From: Deltaproteobacteria bacterium
Lineage (GTDB): Bacteria > Myxococcota_A > Polyangia > Nannocystales > Nannocystaceae
DNA: 64,000 nucleotides
Reading direction: 5' to 3'
NCBI GenBank assembly: GCA_016712475.1
Contig: JADJRA010000001.1
Location: 1,733,414-1,797,413 of the forward strand
Shown here piece by piece: positions 9,845 to 20,217 of the stretch (position 1 is the stretch's first letter; the number at the start of each line of letters is the position of its first letter). The notes under the pieces were generated by a model. The model was given only the letters and a program-made list of their open reading frames with translations. It did not search any database and was not told the DNA's origin. A program made the translations under genes and the position numbers.

Positions 9845-10861
9845 ATGCTGCCCCTCGCCCTCGCACTCGCGACCCTCGCAGGCCCCAGCCCCGAGCTGCC
9901 TGCGCCGGAGGAGCCCGTGACCACGGCGACGAGCCTGCGATGGTCGGCGCCACCCTCGTGCCCCGATCGCGACGCGGTGCTCGGTCAGCTCGCGCCACGG
10001 GTGGACCTGGACACCCTCGCCGTCACGGTCGAGATCCACACCACCGACGCCGCGATGCTGCACGCCGAGGTCGCGATCACCGGCCCGCACGGCAGCACCA
10101 CGCGCACGCTCGAGAGCCCGGCATGCCAGAGCATCGTCGATGCCGTGGTGCTGTTGGCAGAGGTGACCGCCGAGTCGCTGCCGAGTCGCAGCGCGCTGGC
10201 AGACACGCCGGCGACGGTACCCGAGCCAGTTCCGACGACCGAACCCGCGACGCAGACCGAGCCGCCACCGCACGACGTGCGCGACGATGCACCGCCCGCG
10301 GGGCAGCCGGGCCCCCGTAGGCCCGAGCCCGCGCGCGGGCGTCGGACGCAGGCGCGATTCGCCGCCGCCGCGGTGGTCGGGGGCAACCTCGTGCCCAATG
10401 TCGATGCGGGCGCGCGGCTGTCGATCGGCATCGCGCGTCGGCGCGTCCTCGCGGATGTCGGCGGGGCCTTCGTCGGGCGGGGACGCCTGCGCCCGAACGA
10501 CGACGTGCGCCTGCAGTTCGATGCCTGGGCCGCGATCGCGCGGGTGTGCCCGGTCGTACCGCTGCCGACGCCCCGCCTCGCGCTGGCGATCTGCGGCGTT
10601 GCGGCGGCCGGCACCATGGTCGCGAGCGCACAGGGCCCCGGCCTGCTGTTCCCGCGAACCCGCGCCCAGCCGTGGCTGCGCCTCGCCGCCGGTCCCGAGC
10701 TCGGCGTGGTGCTCGGCCCACGCGTGCGGCTGGTCGCCGGCCTCGAGCTCGGCGGCCACGTCCTGCGCCCGGGCTTCACGCTCGGCGGCCTGGGCCGCAT
10801 CTGGGCGCCCAGCGGCCTCTCCGCCCATGGCCTGCTCGGCATCGAGGTCCGCGTCCCGTGA
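9845..10861 (+). CDS. Secreted hypothetical protein, translationally coupled to an ECF sigma factor
   Basis: ATG at 9845 gives signal peptide MLPLALALATLAGPSPELPA. The stop TGA (10859-61) overlaps the GTG start of the downstream sigma gene (GTGA). Confidence 0.55.
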   Translation: MLPLALALATLAGPSPELPAPEEPVTTATSLRWSAPPSCPDRDAVLGQLAPRVDLDTLAVTVEIHTTDAAMLHAEVAITGPHGSTTRTLESPACQSIVDAVVLLAEVTAESLPSRSALADTPATVPEPVPTTEPATQTEPPPHDVRDDAPPAGQPGPRRPEPARGRRTQARFAAAAVVGGNLVPNVDAGARLSIGIARRRVLADVGGAFVGRGRLRPNDDVRLQFDAWAAIARVCPVVPLPTPRLALAICGVAAAGTMVASAQGPGLLFPRTRAQPWLRLAAGPELGVVLGPRVRLVAGLELGGHVLRPGFTLGGLGRIWAPSGLSAHGLLGIEVRVP

Positions 10862-11469
10862 CGGGGCCACCGATTGCGAGATCGTTCGACGGATTCGCGG
10901 GTCATACCGCAAGAGCGAAGGAGAGCTTGCGCGCCGCCCCCCACGACGCGGACCCGACCCCGGGCCCGACGACCGCCTTCGAGGCGGCCTACGCCGAACA
11001 CTTCGGGTTCGTGTGGCGGAGCCTGCGTGGGCTCGGCGTGCCGACGGCGTCGCTCGACGACGCGGCGCAGGATGTCTTCGTCGTGGTCCACGATCGACTG
11101 CACACGTTCGACTCCACGCGCCCGATGCGGGCGTGGCTGTTCGGCATCGTGCGCAACGTGGCGCGCCGTCATCACGAGCGCGGCGCGAGGCAGTCGCCGC
11201 TGCAGCTGGTGCAGTCGCCCGCGCCGCTCGAGGAGACCATGCAGTGGCGCGAGCGGGCGGCAGTGGTGGCCGCGATGCTCGAGCAGCTCGACGAGGGCCA
11301 TCGCGCGGTGTTCTTGCTCGCGCAGCTCGAGGGCGCCACCGCGCCGGAGATCGCCGACGCGCTCGGCATCAATCTCAACACGGTCTACTCGCGACTGCGA
11401 ACCGCACGCGCACGCTTCGAGCGCGCGGTCGCACGGCACGAACGACGGGATACGGAGTCGACACGATGA
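10858..11469 (+). CDS. ECF-family RNA polymerase sigma factor
   Basis: Region 2 (FEAAYAEHFGFVWRSLRGLGV..DAAQDVFVVVHDRLHTF) and region 4 (AVFLLAQLEGATAPEIADALGINLNTVYSRLRTAR). GTG start coupled to the upstream stop. Confidence 0.8.
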   Translation: MTGPPIARSFDGFAGHTARAKESLRAAPHDADPTPGPTTAFEAAYAEHFGFVWRSLRGLGVPTASLDDAAQDVFVVVHDRLHTFDSTRPMRAWLFGIVRNVARRHHERGARQSPLQLVQSPAPLEETMQWRERAAVVAAMLEQLDEGHRAVFLLAQLEGATAPEIADALGINLNTVYSRLRTARARFERAVARHERRDTESTR

Positions 11470-12254
11470 CGCGGGAACACGACGCAGCCCGGCAGCAAGA
11501 GGTGTACTGGGAGGCCTTCGCCCGCTCGCTCACGCCCACCGCGGCCGATGCCGAGCGCGTGCGCGCGGGTCTGCTGCGTCGCCTCGCCCAGGTGCGCCCG
11601 GTCGCCCAGGAGCCGGCTGCTGCGTCGCCGCGCGAGGCTCCGCGCGCGGCCGCAGCGGTGGTGTTGTTCGCGAAGTCGGCGGCGATCTCCGTCGGTCTCG
11701 CGGTCACGGCCTTGGGTGGGCTGCACCTGGGCGCTCGCGCCTTGTCGCCGACGCCCGCCGAGCTGCCGACGCGCGTGGCGACGGCGACCGAAGTGCCTCG
11801 CGGTGACGCGCCGATACCGTCGCGTCGCGTCGTCGAGCCGCCGGCACCCGCGACCTCGCCCTCGCTCGCACCGGTGACACCGACGCTGGCCCCGCAGGCG
11901 ACACCGACCACGCGAACGACCGCGCGCGCCCCCGGCAGTACGTCGGCGCCGTCGCGCGGCGGCGAGGCCGTTGCGGTAGCGATGGCACCGGCCGACGCAC
12001 TGCAGCAAGAGCTCGCGCTCGTGCGCAGCGCTCGCGAGGCGATCGCCGCCGGGCGCCACGCCGACGCCGACGCGCCGCTGGCCCGTCACGCGCAGCAGTT
12101 TCCCGACGGTGCACTCGCGCCCGAGCGCGAGGCCTATCGAGCGATCGTCGCGTGTCGGCTCGGGCGTGGCGACGCCGGCAAGCGGGCACGCGCCTTCGCA
12201 CAGGCACACCCGACGGCATCGCTGCTGGGCGAAGTGAACGCAGCGTGCGAGTGA
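11466..12254 (+). CDS. Putative anti-sigma factor (single-pass membrane protein)
   Basis: ATGA overlap with the sigma stop. N-terminal cytoplasmic segment, one TM helix (AAAVVLFAKSAAISVGLAVTALGGL) and a Pro/Ala-rich periplasmic part. Confidence 0.6.
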   Translation: MTREHDAARQQEVYWEAFARSLTPTAADAERVRAGLLRRLAQVRPVAQEPAAASPREAPRAAAAVVLFAKSAAISVGLAVTALGGLHLGARALSPTPAELPTRVATATEVPRGDAPIPSRRVVEPPAPATSPSLAPVTPTLAPQATPTTRTTARAPGSTSAPSRGGEAVAVAMAPADALQQELALVRSAREAIAAGRHADADAPLARHAQQFPDGALAPEREAYRAIVACRLGRGDAGKRARAFAQAHPTASLLGEVNAACE

Positions 12255-12310
12255 CCGACGCCCGTCACTTCGGATGACGGAAACGACGACGACGACCGAA
12301 CCCACCATTG

Positions 12311-13870
12311 ATGACGACGAAGCGAATGCTCCTGATCCCTGGCCTTCGGATGCCGAGCATCACCGTGCTGTGCGTGCTCGCGTGCGGCCTGCCCGACAAG
12401 AACCTCGGCCAACTCGCCGACGACGGGTCGACGGCGGGCGAGCCCACCGCGTCGGGCACCGACCCGACGACCACGACCACGGACACCGGCCCTGGCGACG
12501 ACACCGGTGGCGACTTCGCCTGCGGCGATCCGGCCGCCCCGCCGCCGCGCTGCGTCGAGGATGCCGACCTCGACCAGGTGCGCCTCGCCTGCGACAACGC
12601 GCCGGACATCACGAATCCGGGCCAAGAGGACCTCGACGCCGACGGCATCGGCGACGTCGCCGATCTGTGCCAGACCATCACCAGCGACCCCAGTGCCGAC
12701 AGCGACCGCGACGGCATCGGCAACGCGTGCGACAGCTGCCCGTCGACCGTCGACCACTACGAGGGTGCGGTCGACGTCACGCTGCCGGACGGGCTGCGAT
12801 TTCGCAACGTGCCCGACCTCGGCGATCTCGACGGCGATGGCGTCGGTGATGCCTGCGACAACTGCGTGGCGGTGCCCAACTGCGGCGACTACGACGGCGC
12901 CGCACCCTGGCAGGTCGGCGATCCGATCGATCGCGACGACACCACGCAGTGCCAGGCCGACGCCGATCGCGATGGCGTCGGCGATGCCTGTCAGGGCCTG
13001 GTGGTCGGCGCACTCGCGGTCGCAGCGGTGGGGCTCGGGCCCGACGACGACTTCGATCAAGACGGCCTCGCCAACGGCGTCGACGCCTGTGCTCGCCTGC
13101 CGCTCGTCGTCGACGACGACACGCTCTGCGACGGCGACGGTGACTGCCCCTCGGGCTCGCAGTGCGAGCCACGCGTGGGCGAGAGTCAGGGTGTCTGCAA
13201 TCATCCCGATCACGACGGCGATGGCATCGGCGACGCGTGCGACACCTGTGCGACCGCGAGCAACCCCGAACAGCTCGTCGACGGTGGGCTCCAGCAGGAC
13301 GACCAAGACGGTGACTTCGTCGGCAACGCTTGCGAGGCCACGGCCGAGTGCGGCGTCCACCCCGACTCGCCGCCGAGCGGGTTCTATGCGCTCGCGGCCG
13401 AGGGCCTGTGCTGCGCTGCCCAGCTGCAGGCGCTCGGAGACGGCACGCTGGCGTTGGTCGCGACCGGCCGTCCGTTGAGCGATCCCGACGGTCGACCGAT
13501 CAAGCTGGAGTGCAGCGACGCCGACGTGGCGGCGGGCCTGTGCCGTCGACTGCCGGCAAGCGTCGCGGCGCGACCCGGCGTGCTCGAGGCCCCGCCGGGG
13601 TGCGAAGCGCTGTTGGACGGCCAGCCGGCCTGGTCGGTCGCCCCGCTCTCGCTCGCCGAGGTCGCCAGCGTCGACGACTTCTGGGGCTTTCGCTGCGAGC
13701 TACCGCAGCTCGACCAGGACTTCGACGGCATCGGCGACGCATGCGACTTCTGCATGTTCGCGTTCGACCCCGACAACACGCCCTATGTCGACGCGCAGGG
13801 GGAGCTGTGGCCCCTCAACGGCAAGTACTGCAACGGCGCCTACTCGATCGAGAACACCTGCGGCGAGTGA
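12311..13870 (+). CDS. Lipoprotein with thrombospondin type-3-like Ca-binding repeats
   Basis: MTTKRMLLIPGLRMPSITVLCVLACG (lipobox LACG). Multiple DxDxDGxGDxCD repeats (DLDADGIGDVADLC, DSDRDGIGNACDSC, DLDGDGVGDACDNC...). Confidence 0.7.
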   Translation: MTTKRMLLIPGLRMPSITVLCVLACGLPDKNLGQLADDGSTAGEPTASGTDPTTTTTDTGPGDDTGGDFACGDPAAPPPRCVEDADLDQVRLACDNAPDITNPGQEDLDADGIGDVADLCQTITSDPSADSDRDGIGNACDSCPSTVDHYEGAVDVTLPDGLRFRNVPDLGDLDGDGVGDACDNCVAVPNCGDYDGAAPWQVGDPIDRDDTTQCQADADRDGVGDACQGLVVGALAVAAVGLGPDDDFDQDGLANGVDACARLPLVVDDDTLCDGDGDCPSGSQCEPRVGESQGVCNHPDHDGDGIGDACDTCATASNPEQLVDGGLQQDDQDGDFVGNACEATAECGVHPDSPPSGFYALAAEGLCCAAQLQALGDGTLALVATGRPLSDPDGRPIKLECSDADVAAGLCRRLPASVAARPGVLEAPPGCEALLDGQPAWSVAPLSLAEVASVDDFWGFRCELPQLDQDFDGIGDACDFCMFAFDPDNTPYVDAQGELWPLNGKYCNGAYSIENTCGE

Positions 13871-13952
13871 GCTCGCCGCGGCGTCATGTCGTGGGCGCGC
13901 CGTTCTTGCCGGCGCCGGCCGATGACGCCGGGCACCACGTTCGTCGTCGCGA

Positions 13953-15989
13953 TCAGCCCTTGCGGGTGGTGCGGATGAGCATCCATGCCATCAGCGCGAA
14001 GCAACCCACGCCGAGCAGATCGTAGCCGCCGGGTCCGAGCACACCGACCAGCGTCTCGTGCAGCGACAGGCTGCCGAGCGTGTCGCCCATGCGCGCGGCC
14101 GCGATCGCGTACAGCACACCGGCGAGCGCACCGCCGGCGACCAGGCCGGTGGAGTAGAGATTGCCGGGGCCGAATTCCTCCTCGGCCTCGGCCAGCTTCT
14201 CGTCCTTGTCCTCGGCCGCGGCCGGCTTGGGCTTGCCGCGATCGGCGACGTAGCGCACCACGCCACCGGCGAAGATCGGCAGCGTGGTCGCCAGCGGCAG
14301 GTAGGCCCCGACCGCGAACGCCAGCGCCGAGACCCCGCACAGCTCGACGGTGATCGCCAGGAAGACGCCGACCAGCACGAACTGCCAGTCGAGGTTGAAC
14401 GACAGCAGGCCCTTGATGAGCGTGGCCATCAGCGTGCCCTGCGGGGCGCTGAAGGTCTCACCGATCGCGTGCACGACCTTGCCGGTCTCGGGATCGACAT
14501 GGGCATTGTCGAGCAGCTGCACGGTGGCGCCGATGACGAATGCGGCCGCGACCACGCCGATGAAGAGGCCGATCTGCTGCGCCCGCGGCGTCGCGCCCAC
14601 GAGGTAGCCGGTCTTGAGGTCCTGGCTGGTCGCGCCCGCGTTCGCAGCGGCGATGCAGACCATGCCGCCCACGCACAGCGCCATCGGTTGGTACGCGTCG
14701 CCGGTCCAGCCCAGGCCCGCGAAGATGAGACACGTCGCCATCAACGTGGCGATGGTCATGCCGCTGATGGGGTTGTTCGAGCTGCCGATGAGGCCGACGA
14801 TGCGGCTCGACACCGTCACGAAGAAGAAGCCGAACACCACCATCAAGACGCCCAGCAGCAGCTTGCTGCCGATGCCGTCGCCGGGGATGAACGGCAACAG
14901 CGCGACGATCACCGCCAGTCCGACGCTGCCGCCGACGACCACCGACATCGGTAGGTCGCGCTCGGTGCGACGGGCCGCCGGCGGCAGCTCGCCCTTGGCC
15001 TTCACCGAGCCGAGGCTGCCCCGCACCGCGCCGACGATGGTCGGCAGGGTCTTGAGCAGGGTGATGAAGCCGCCGGCCGCGACCGCGCCAGCGCCGATCT
15101 GGCGGATGTACGCGAAGTAGATCGCGACGTTGAGCTGCGCAAAGTCGTGGGTCGCCGGGTCATAGCCGAAGCGACCCGGCTCGTAGCCGATCTTCACGAG
15201 CTGCGTGGCGATGGTCTCGCCAGGCACCAGCGTGGCCAACAGCGGGATCATGCCGAGCCACGCGAGCACGCCGCCGGCGACCAGCATGCCGGTGCTGCGG
15301 GCGCCGAGGATGAAGCCCACGCCCATGTACTCGGGCGTGATGTCGCCGGCCACCGTCGCCGCCGGGAACACCTTGCTCTTCATCGAGCTGACCCACGTCG
15401 GGGTCTCGGCGATGACGCCCAGCACCTTCTGCGCGATCGCATAGACGAAGGCAAAGCCGAGGCCCTGATAGGCGATCGCGGCCAGGCGGCCGCCCTTCTC
15501 GCCCGCGATGAGCACGCCGGCGCAGGCGGTGCCCTCGGGGTACGGCAGCGTCTCGTGCTCGTTGACGATGAGCGCGCGCCGCAGCGGGATCATCATCAAC
15601 ACGCCCAGCACGCCGCCCAGCAGCGCGAGGGTGAAGATGGTCCAGTAGCTGAAGAACGGCTCGCCGATCGAGTTGCCGGTCTCGTCGCGGCTGAGGAACA
15701 GGAAGCCCGGCAGCGTGAACACCACGCCGGCCGCGACCGACTCGCCCGCGGAGCCGATGGTCTGCACGACGTTGTTCTCGAGGATGGTCGAGCCGCCCAG
15801 GCGCTTGAGCAGCGAGATCGAAAGCACCGCGATCGGGATCGACGCACTGACCGTGAGGCCGGCCTTGAGCGCCAGGTACACCGTCGAGGCGCCAAAGATG
15901 ATGCCGAACAGCGCACCGATCACGATGGCCTTGGGCGTGAACTCGGCGACGTTGCTCTCGTCGGCGACGTAGGGCTGGAACTTGGGCAT
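13953..15989 (-). CDS. OPT-family oligopeptide transporter
   Basis: 678 aa. Polytopic membrane protein matching the OPT family throughout (MPKFQPYVADESNVAEFTPKAIVIGALFGIIFGASTVYLALKAG...). Confidence 0.85.
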   Translation of the reverse strand: MPKFQPYVADESNVAEFTPKAIVIGALFGIIFGASTVYLALKAGLTVSASIPIAVLSISLLKRLGGSTILENNVVQTIGSAGESVAAGVVFTLPGFLFLSRDETGNSIGEPFFSYWTIFTLALLGGVLGVLMMIPLRRALIVNEHETLPYPEGTACAGVLIAGEKGGRLAAIAYQGLGFAFVYAIAQKVLGVIAETPTWVSSMKSKVFPAATVAGDITPEYMGVGFILGARSTGMLVAGGVLAWLGMIPLLATLVPGETIATQLVKIGYEPGRFGYDPATHDFAQLNVAIYFAYIRQIGAGAVAAGGFITLLKTLPTIVGAVRGSLGSVKAKGELPPAARRTERDLPMSVVVGGSVGLAVIVALLPFIPGDGIGSKLLLGVLMVVFGFFFVTVSSRIVGLIGSSNNPISGMTIATLMATCLIFAGLGWTGDAYQPMALCVGGMVCIAAANAGATSQDLKTGYLVGATPRAQQIGLFIGVVAAAFVIGATVQLLDNAHVDPETGKVVHAIGETFSAPQGTLMATLIKGLLSFNLDWQFVLVGVFLAITVELCGVSALAFAVGAYLPLATTLPIFAGGVVRYVADRGKPKPAAAEDKDEKLAEAEEEFGPGNLYSTGLVAGGALAGVLYAIAAARMGDTLGSLSLHETLVGVLGPGGYDLLGVGCFALMAWMLIRTTRKG

Positions 15990-16068
15990 GCGCGGGCGCG
16001 ATGGTAGCGGACCTCAGGCGGGCCGTGTCGCTGCTATGCCGGCCGCGCGGCTGCTACGATGCACGGGC

Positions 16069-16662
16069 ATGCCCACCAAGAAGCCCTCCGAGGCCGCCGA
16101 TGTGATGCTCGCCGGCTTCACCGTCGAGCAGTGGAAGCAGCACATGGACCAGGACGAGGACTGGACCGAGCGCATCGAGGGCGCCGACGCAGCCGCCGTG
16201 CGGGGCATCGTCGAAGCGCTCGCGCACGCGAACGCGGACGTGCGGCTGCTGGCGTGCAATCTGATCTACGCGCTCGGGGCCGACGGCCTCGGGGTGCAGG
16301 GCGATGCCGCAGTCACGCGGCTCGCCGAACTCGCGGCGAACGAGCCGAAGGTCAAGCTGCGAACGCGGGCGCGGCTGGTGCACGAGGCGGTCGCGCAGGC
16401 GCAGCAGCGCGCCGCGATCCACCGCGAGTTCCCTTGGCTCGGCGACAGCTCGGGTGACGCCGCCGCGCAGGCGCTCGCTGCCCTCGACGATGCGCGCGCA
16501 CGCGTGCGCCTGCACGTGTATCTGTGGTGGGTCAACGCCGCCAAGCCGGCGGCGGCGTCGCGCACCGCGGCGGCGCAGAAGCTGACGGCGCTGGTCGAGC
16601 GCGAGAGCGAGCCCGAGCTGCGCCAGGCCGCTTCGCTCGCGCTCGCGCGGGTGCGAGGCTGA
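16069..16662 (+). CDS. Hypothetical HEAT/armadillo-like repeat protein
   Basis: ATG at 16069 (MPTKKPSEAADV...). Helical repeats with ADVRLLACNLIYALG, typical of HEAT repeats. Confidence 0.5.
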   Translation: MPTKKPSEAADVMLAGFTVEQWKQHMDQDEDWTERIEGADAAAVRGIVEALAHANADVRLLACNLIYALGADGLGVQGDAAVTRLAELAANEPKVKLRTRARLVHEAVAQAQQRAAIHREFPWLGDSSGDAAAQALAALDDARARVRLHVYLWWVNAAKPAAASRTAAAQKLTALVERESEPELRQAASLALARVRG

Positions 16663-16885
16663 GCGGCCGCGGACGGGCCGGCGGGGCCGACTGCGCGCCG
16701 ATCCGAACGAACACCGCACACGCTGCGGGGTGGCGGGACTTGCGGAGCCCGCGTCGAGCTGACATGCTCTCCCGGTTCGTCGCGGTGGATGTCGTCTTGG
16801 GTCGTGTTCGACCCCGCGCGGCGAGCGTCGTCTTGGTGCCCATGTCGATGGGCCTGCCCTTTGGATGGATGGAAAGGTTGGATTT

Positions 16886-18671
16886 GATGAAGCGCGCAGC
16901 ATTGTTTTCCAGTGTGATCGCAGCTGCTCTCCTCGCGATGCCCCGCGAGGCCGAGGCCTGTGGCGGCACGTTCTGCGACACCGGGCCGAACGCGATGCCC
17001 GTGCCGCAGACCGGCGAGAACATCCTGTTCGCGATGGGTGAGGGCTACACCGAGGCCCACATCCAGATCCAGTACGACCCCAACACCGAAGCCGCGAAGT
17101 TCGCGTGGGTGGTGCCCATGACGGCGCTGCCGGAGTTCTCGGTCGGCTCGCAGACCCTGTTCACGAACGTGCTCGCCAGCACCGTGCCGGCCTACGGCTT
17201 CAACTACACGTTCGACAGCTGCGGCGACCAGGGCAACTCCAGCGGTCTCACGGGTGGCGACGGCGGCGGCGATCCAGGTGGCACGAGCGCGGGTGATGAA
17301 ACCGGCGGCGAGACCGGCCCCGAGGTGATCCTGCACGAGACCGTCGGCGCGTTCGAGATCACCGTGCTGCAGGGTGGTACCGCCGAGGAGGTCATGACCT
17401 GGCTGGGCGACAACGGCTATCAGCAGGATGCGGCAGCCGAGCCGATCCTCGCCGAGTACCTGGCGGAGAACTACATCTTCGCTGCGTTCAAGCTCACCAA
17501 CGGCGCCGAGATCGGCGAGATCCACCCCATCACGCTGCGCTTCGCCAACGACGAGGCCTGCGTGCCACTGCGGCTGACGCGGATCGCCGCCGAGGAGGAC
17601 ATGGAGGTCCGCACCTTCTTCCTCGCCAACGACCGCGTGGTGCCGCAGAACTACAAGCACGTGCTCGTGAACCCGCTCGAGCTCGACTGGCCCAACTTCG
17701 CCAGCAACTACAAGGAGATCATCACGCTCGCGGTCGATGCGTTCGGGGCCGACGGCAAGGCCTTCGTGACCGAGTACGCCGGCCCGTCGTCGGTCGTGAA
17801 CCCGAGCGGGATCTTCGACGCGAGCTGGTCGCCCGCGGCGTTCGAGGGCCTCGATCCCATCGCGGTGGTCGACACGCTGTCGTCGCAGAACCTGATGTTC
17901 TGCGACGAGTTCAACGGCTGCGTCTTCATCCATCCGCTCATCGAGGGCCTGCTCGCCCAGTTCCTGCCGGTGCCCGACGGCCTCGGCCGTGACGAGTTCT
18001 ACGGCTGCCTCAGCTGCAACGAGGCGATGATCGACACGATGGCGTGGGGCGACGGCTCCGGCTTCTCGACCGCGATGCAGGAGCGCATCGTCGCGCCGGG
18101 GCAGCACGCCGCCGATCTGCTGGCGGAGTTCCCCACGCTCACGCGCATGTACACGACCATCTCGCCCGCCGAGATGACCGAAGATCCGTTCTTCTGGCAG
18201 AACCCGGACCTCCCGCCGGTCGACCTCACGGCCTCGCTCGCGACGCGTCGCATCTTCTGCAACGGCGATGCGCTGTGGACCCTGCCCGATGGCAAGGAGG
18301 TGCTGGTGCCCGACGACGGCGCATGGCCGGACTTCGGCGACGAGATGCCCTACGTCGAAGAGATCGCGACGACGCCGGCCAACGGCGCACCGATCGCGAT
18401 CGTCGACAACCGCACCTCGATCCAAGGCCAGCTCGACACGTACAACTGCGCGCTCGGCTATCCCGCGACCACCTGCGGTGACAATGCCGACACCTCGGGC
18501 GGCTCGGCCTCGGGCGGCTCGGCCTCGGGTGGCGATTCGAGCGGCAGCGACACCGCGGGCGAGAACGACGACAGCGGCTCGGGCTGCGGCTGCAACAGCG
18601 GTGGATCCACCTCGGGCGTGCTGCTGCTGCTCGGCGCGATCGCGCTACGACGCCGTCGCCGCGATCGGTAG
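16886..18671 (+). CDS. DUF2330-like secreted protein with MYXO-CTERM
   Basis: GGAAAGG Shine-Dalgarno then ATG at 16886. Signal peptide MKRAALFSSVIAAALLAMPREAEA. C-terminus GSGCGCNSGGSTSGVLLLLGAIALRRRRRDR. Confidence 0.75.
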
Positions 18672-18757
18672 CCCAGGACCTGCCCAGGCGGGCGCGTGCG
18701 AGTCCTCGCCCGCGCGCAGGCTTGCCCCACACGAGGGCATGGGTGGACCATCCAGCC

Positions 18758-20186
18758 ATGCCCTCGCTTCGTTGGTTGGTCCCCATCACCGCGCTCGTCA
18801 CGGCGTGCTTCGATCCCACCAAGTCGACCAACGACGACACCAGCGGTGGCGATGGCACCAGCGGCAGCGCCACCGATGGCAGCATCGAGACCTCCGCCTC
18901 GGCGTCGGCCTCGACCACCGCGTCGAGTGCGACCGACGCGACGACCGCGAGCAGCACCGACCCCATGACCACCGCGGACACGACGACCGCGGCCGACACC
19001 ACGCAGGGCGACTCGACCGGGCCCGCCGAGCCCTTCTGTGGCGACGGCAACCTCGACGACGGCGAAGCGTGCGACGACGGCGACGCCATCGATGGCAACG
19101 GCTGCAACGCCGACTGCCTGCCCTCGGGACGGCTGCTGTGGTGCATCACCGACGGCGACTTCGATGAAGACGTCGGCGAGGGCATCACCACCGACAACGT
19201 CGGCAACATCCTCGCGACCGGCACGCTCTTCCGCGACGGCGCCGACGAGGACGTGTGGGTCGGCGCCTGGGCGCAAGACGGCACCGAGCAGTTCGTGCAG
19301 CTGTACGATCTCTCCGGCGGCGGCTACGAGCGCGGCGTCGACATCGCGTATGACGGCTCCAACGACGCCGCCTACGTGCTCGCCTCCGACGGTGGCGTGC
19401 GACTGCTGCGGATCCTGTCCGACGGCACGCTGTCGACCAACCAGGTGTTGACGGTCTCGGGCGCCAGCTCGCTCGAGCCGCACGTGCTCACGGTCGCGCC
19501 CGGCGGGATGTACTGGGCCGGGTCGGGCTTCTTCATGGGCGTGTCGCGTTCGGTGGCGGCGCGGCTGTCGAGCTTCGGCGGTGAGCTGTGGACGACCTCG
19601 GTCGCGCAGGGCCCCGCCAACTTCTCGCTCTACGTCGGCGCGGCCGCCGATCCGCTCGACGACGTCTATCTCGCCGGCGTGAGCGGCTCGCAGGGCTTCA
19701 TCCACCACCGCAGCGCCAGCGACGGCACCAACGCGCTCGACGCCACCGGGCTCACCCCGCTGGCCGGCATCGCCGTCGCAGGCAACGGCGATCTCGTCGT
19801 GGTCGGCACCCGCTTCGTGAACGGCCAGGGCGACAACCTCGCGGCCACGCGACTGGCCCCCGACGGCACCACCGTGCTGTGGAGCGTCGACTGGAACGGC
19901 GACGCGAACCTCGACGATTTCGCCGCCGGCGTCGCCGTCGACGCCGACGATCGCATCGTCGCGGCCGGCACCCTGCGCAACAGCAACACCAACTGGGTCG
20001 GCTTCGCCGCCGCGCCTCGAGGGCGATGGCGACACGCTCTGGACCACGACATTCGAGGCCGCGGTCGGCGGCATCTCGCAGGTCAGCGACCTCGCGCTCG
20101 ACTCCGAGGGCACGCCGAGCGTGGTGGGTACGCAGTTCGGCGACGCCGGCGACGGCGACATCTTCGTGTGTCACCTGGCGATCTGA
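18758..20186 (+). pseudogene. Lipoprotein gene interrupted by a -1 frameshift near 20005 (authentic pseudogene or 1-nt sequencing error)
   Basis: Lipobox MPSLRWLVPITALVTAC. Frame 2 is clearly coding up to ...NWVGFAAAP. After that the high-GC3 coding signal continues only in frame 0 (LEGDGDTLWTTTFEAAVGG...GDAGDGDIFVCHLAI*, stop at 20184-86). The original frame loses its GC3 bias. Confidence 0.6.
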
Positions 20187-20200
20187 ATCGAGCCGTCGGG
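20136..20200. repeat. Direct repeat copy 1 (65 bp, ~90% identical to 21198..21263)
   Basis: ttcggcgacgccggcgacggcgacatcttcgtgtgtcacctggcgatctgaatcgagccgtcggg. This forms the 3' end of the frameshifted lipoprotein gene. Confidence 0.8.
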
Positions 20201-20217
20201 CCGCACCGGCTCGGGCG

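Noticed and set aside
9464-10912. 482-aa minus-strand ORF overlapping the secreted-protein and sigma genes
   Set aside because: Antisense; Arg-rich; no domain signatures. The plus-strand genes have signal peptides and ECF motifs.
16795-16830. tRNA-like T-arm (gggtc-gtgttcg-acccc) in the intergenic region before the DUF2330 gene
   Set aside because: The loop is not canonical (no TTCGA-AT-CC), and no acceptor, D or anticodon stems could be built around it. No tRNA is called anywhere in the window.
16266-18425. 719-aa minus-strand ORF
   Set aside because: Antisense to the DUF2330 MYXO-CTERM gene; Arg/Val/Gly-rich with no motifs. Typical stop-free antisense frame of a 70% GC gene.
18226-20161. 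567-aa and 352-aa minus-strand ORFs
   Set aside because: Antisense to the lipoprotein genes; compositionally nonsense (Arg/Ala/Gly runs).
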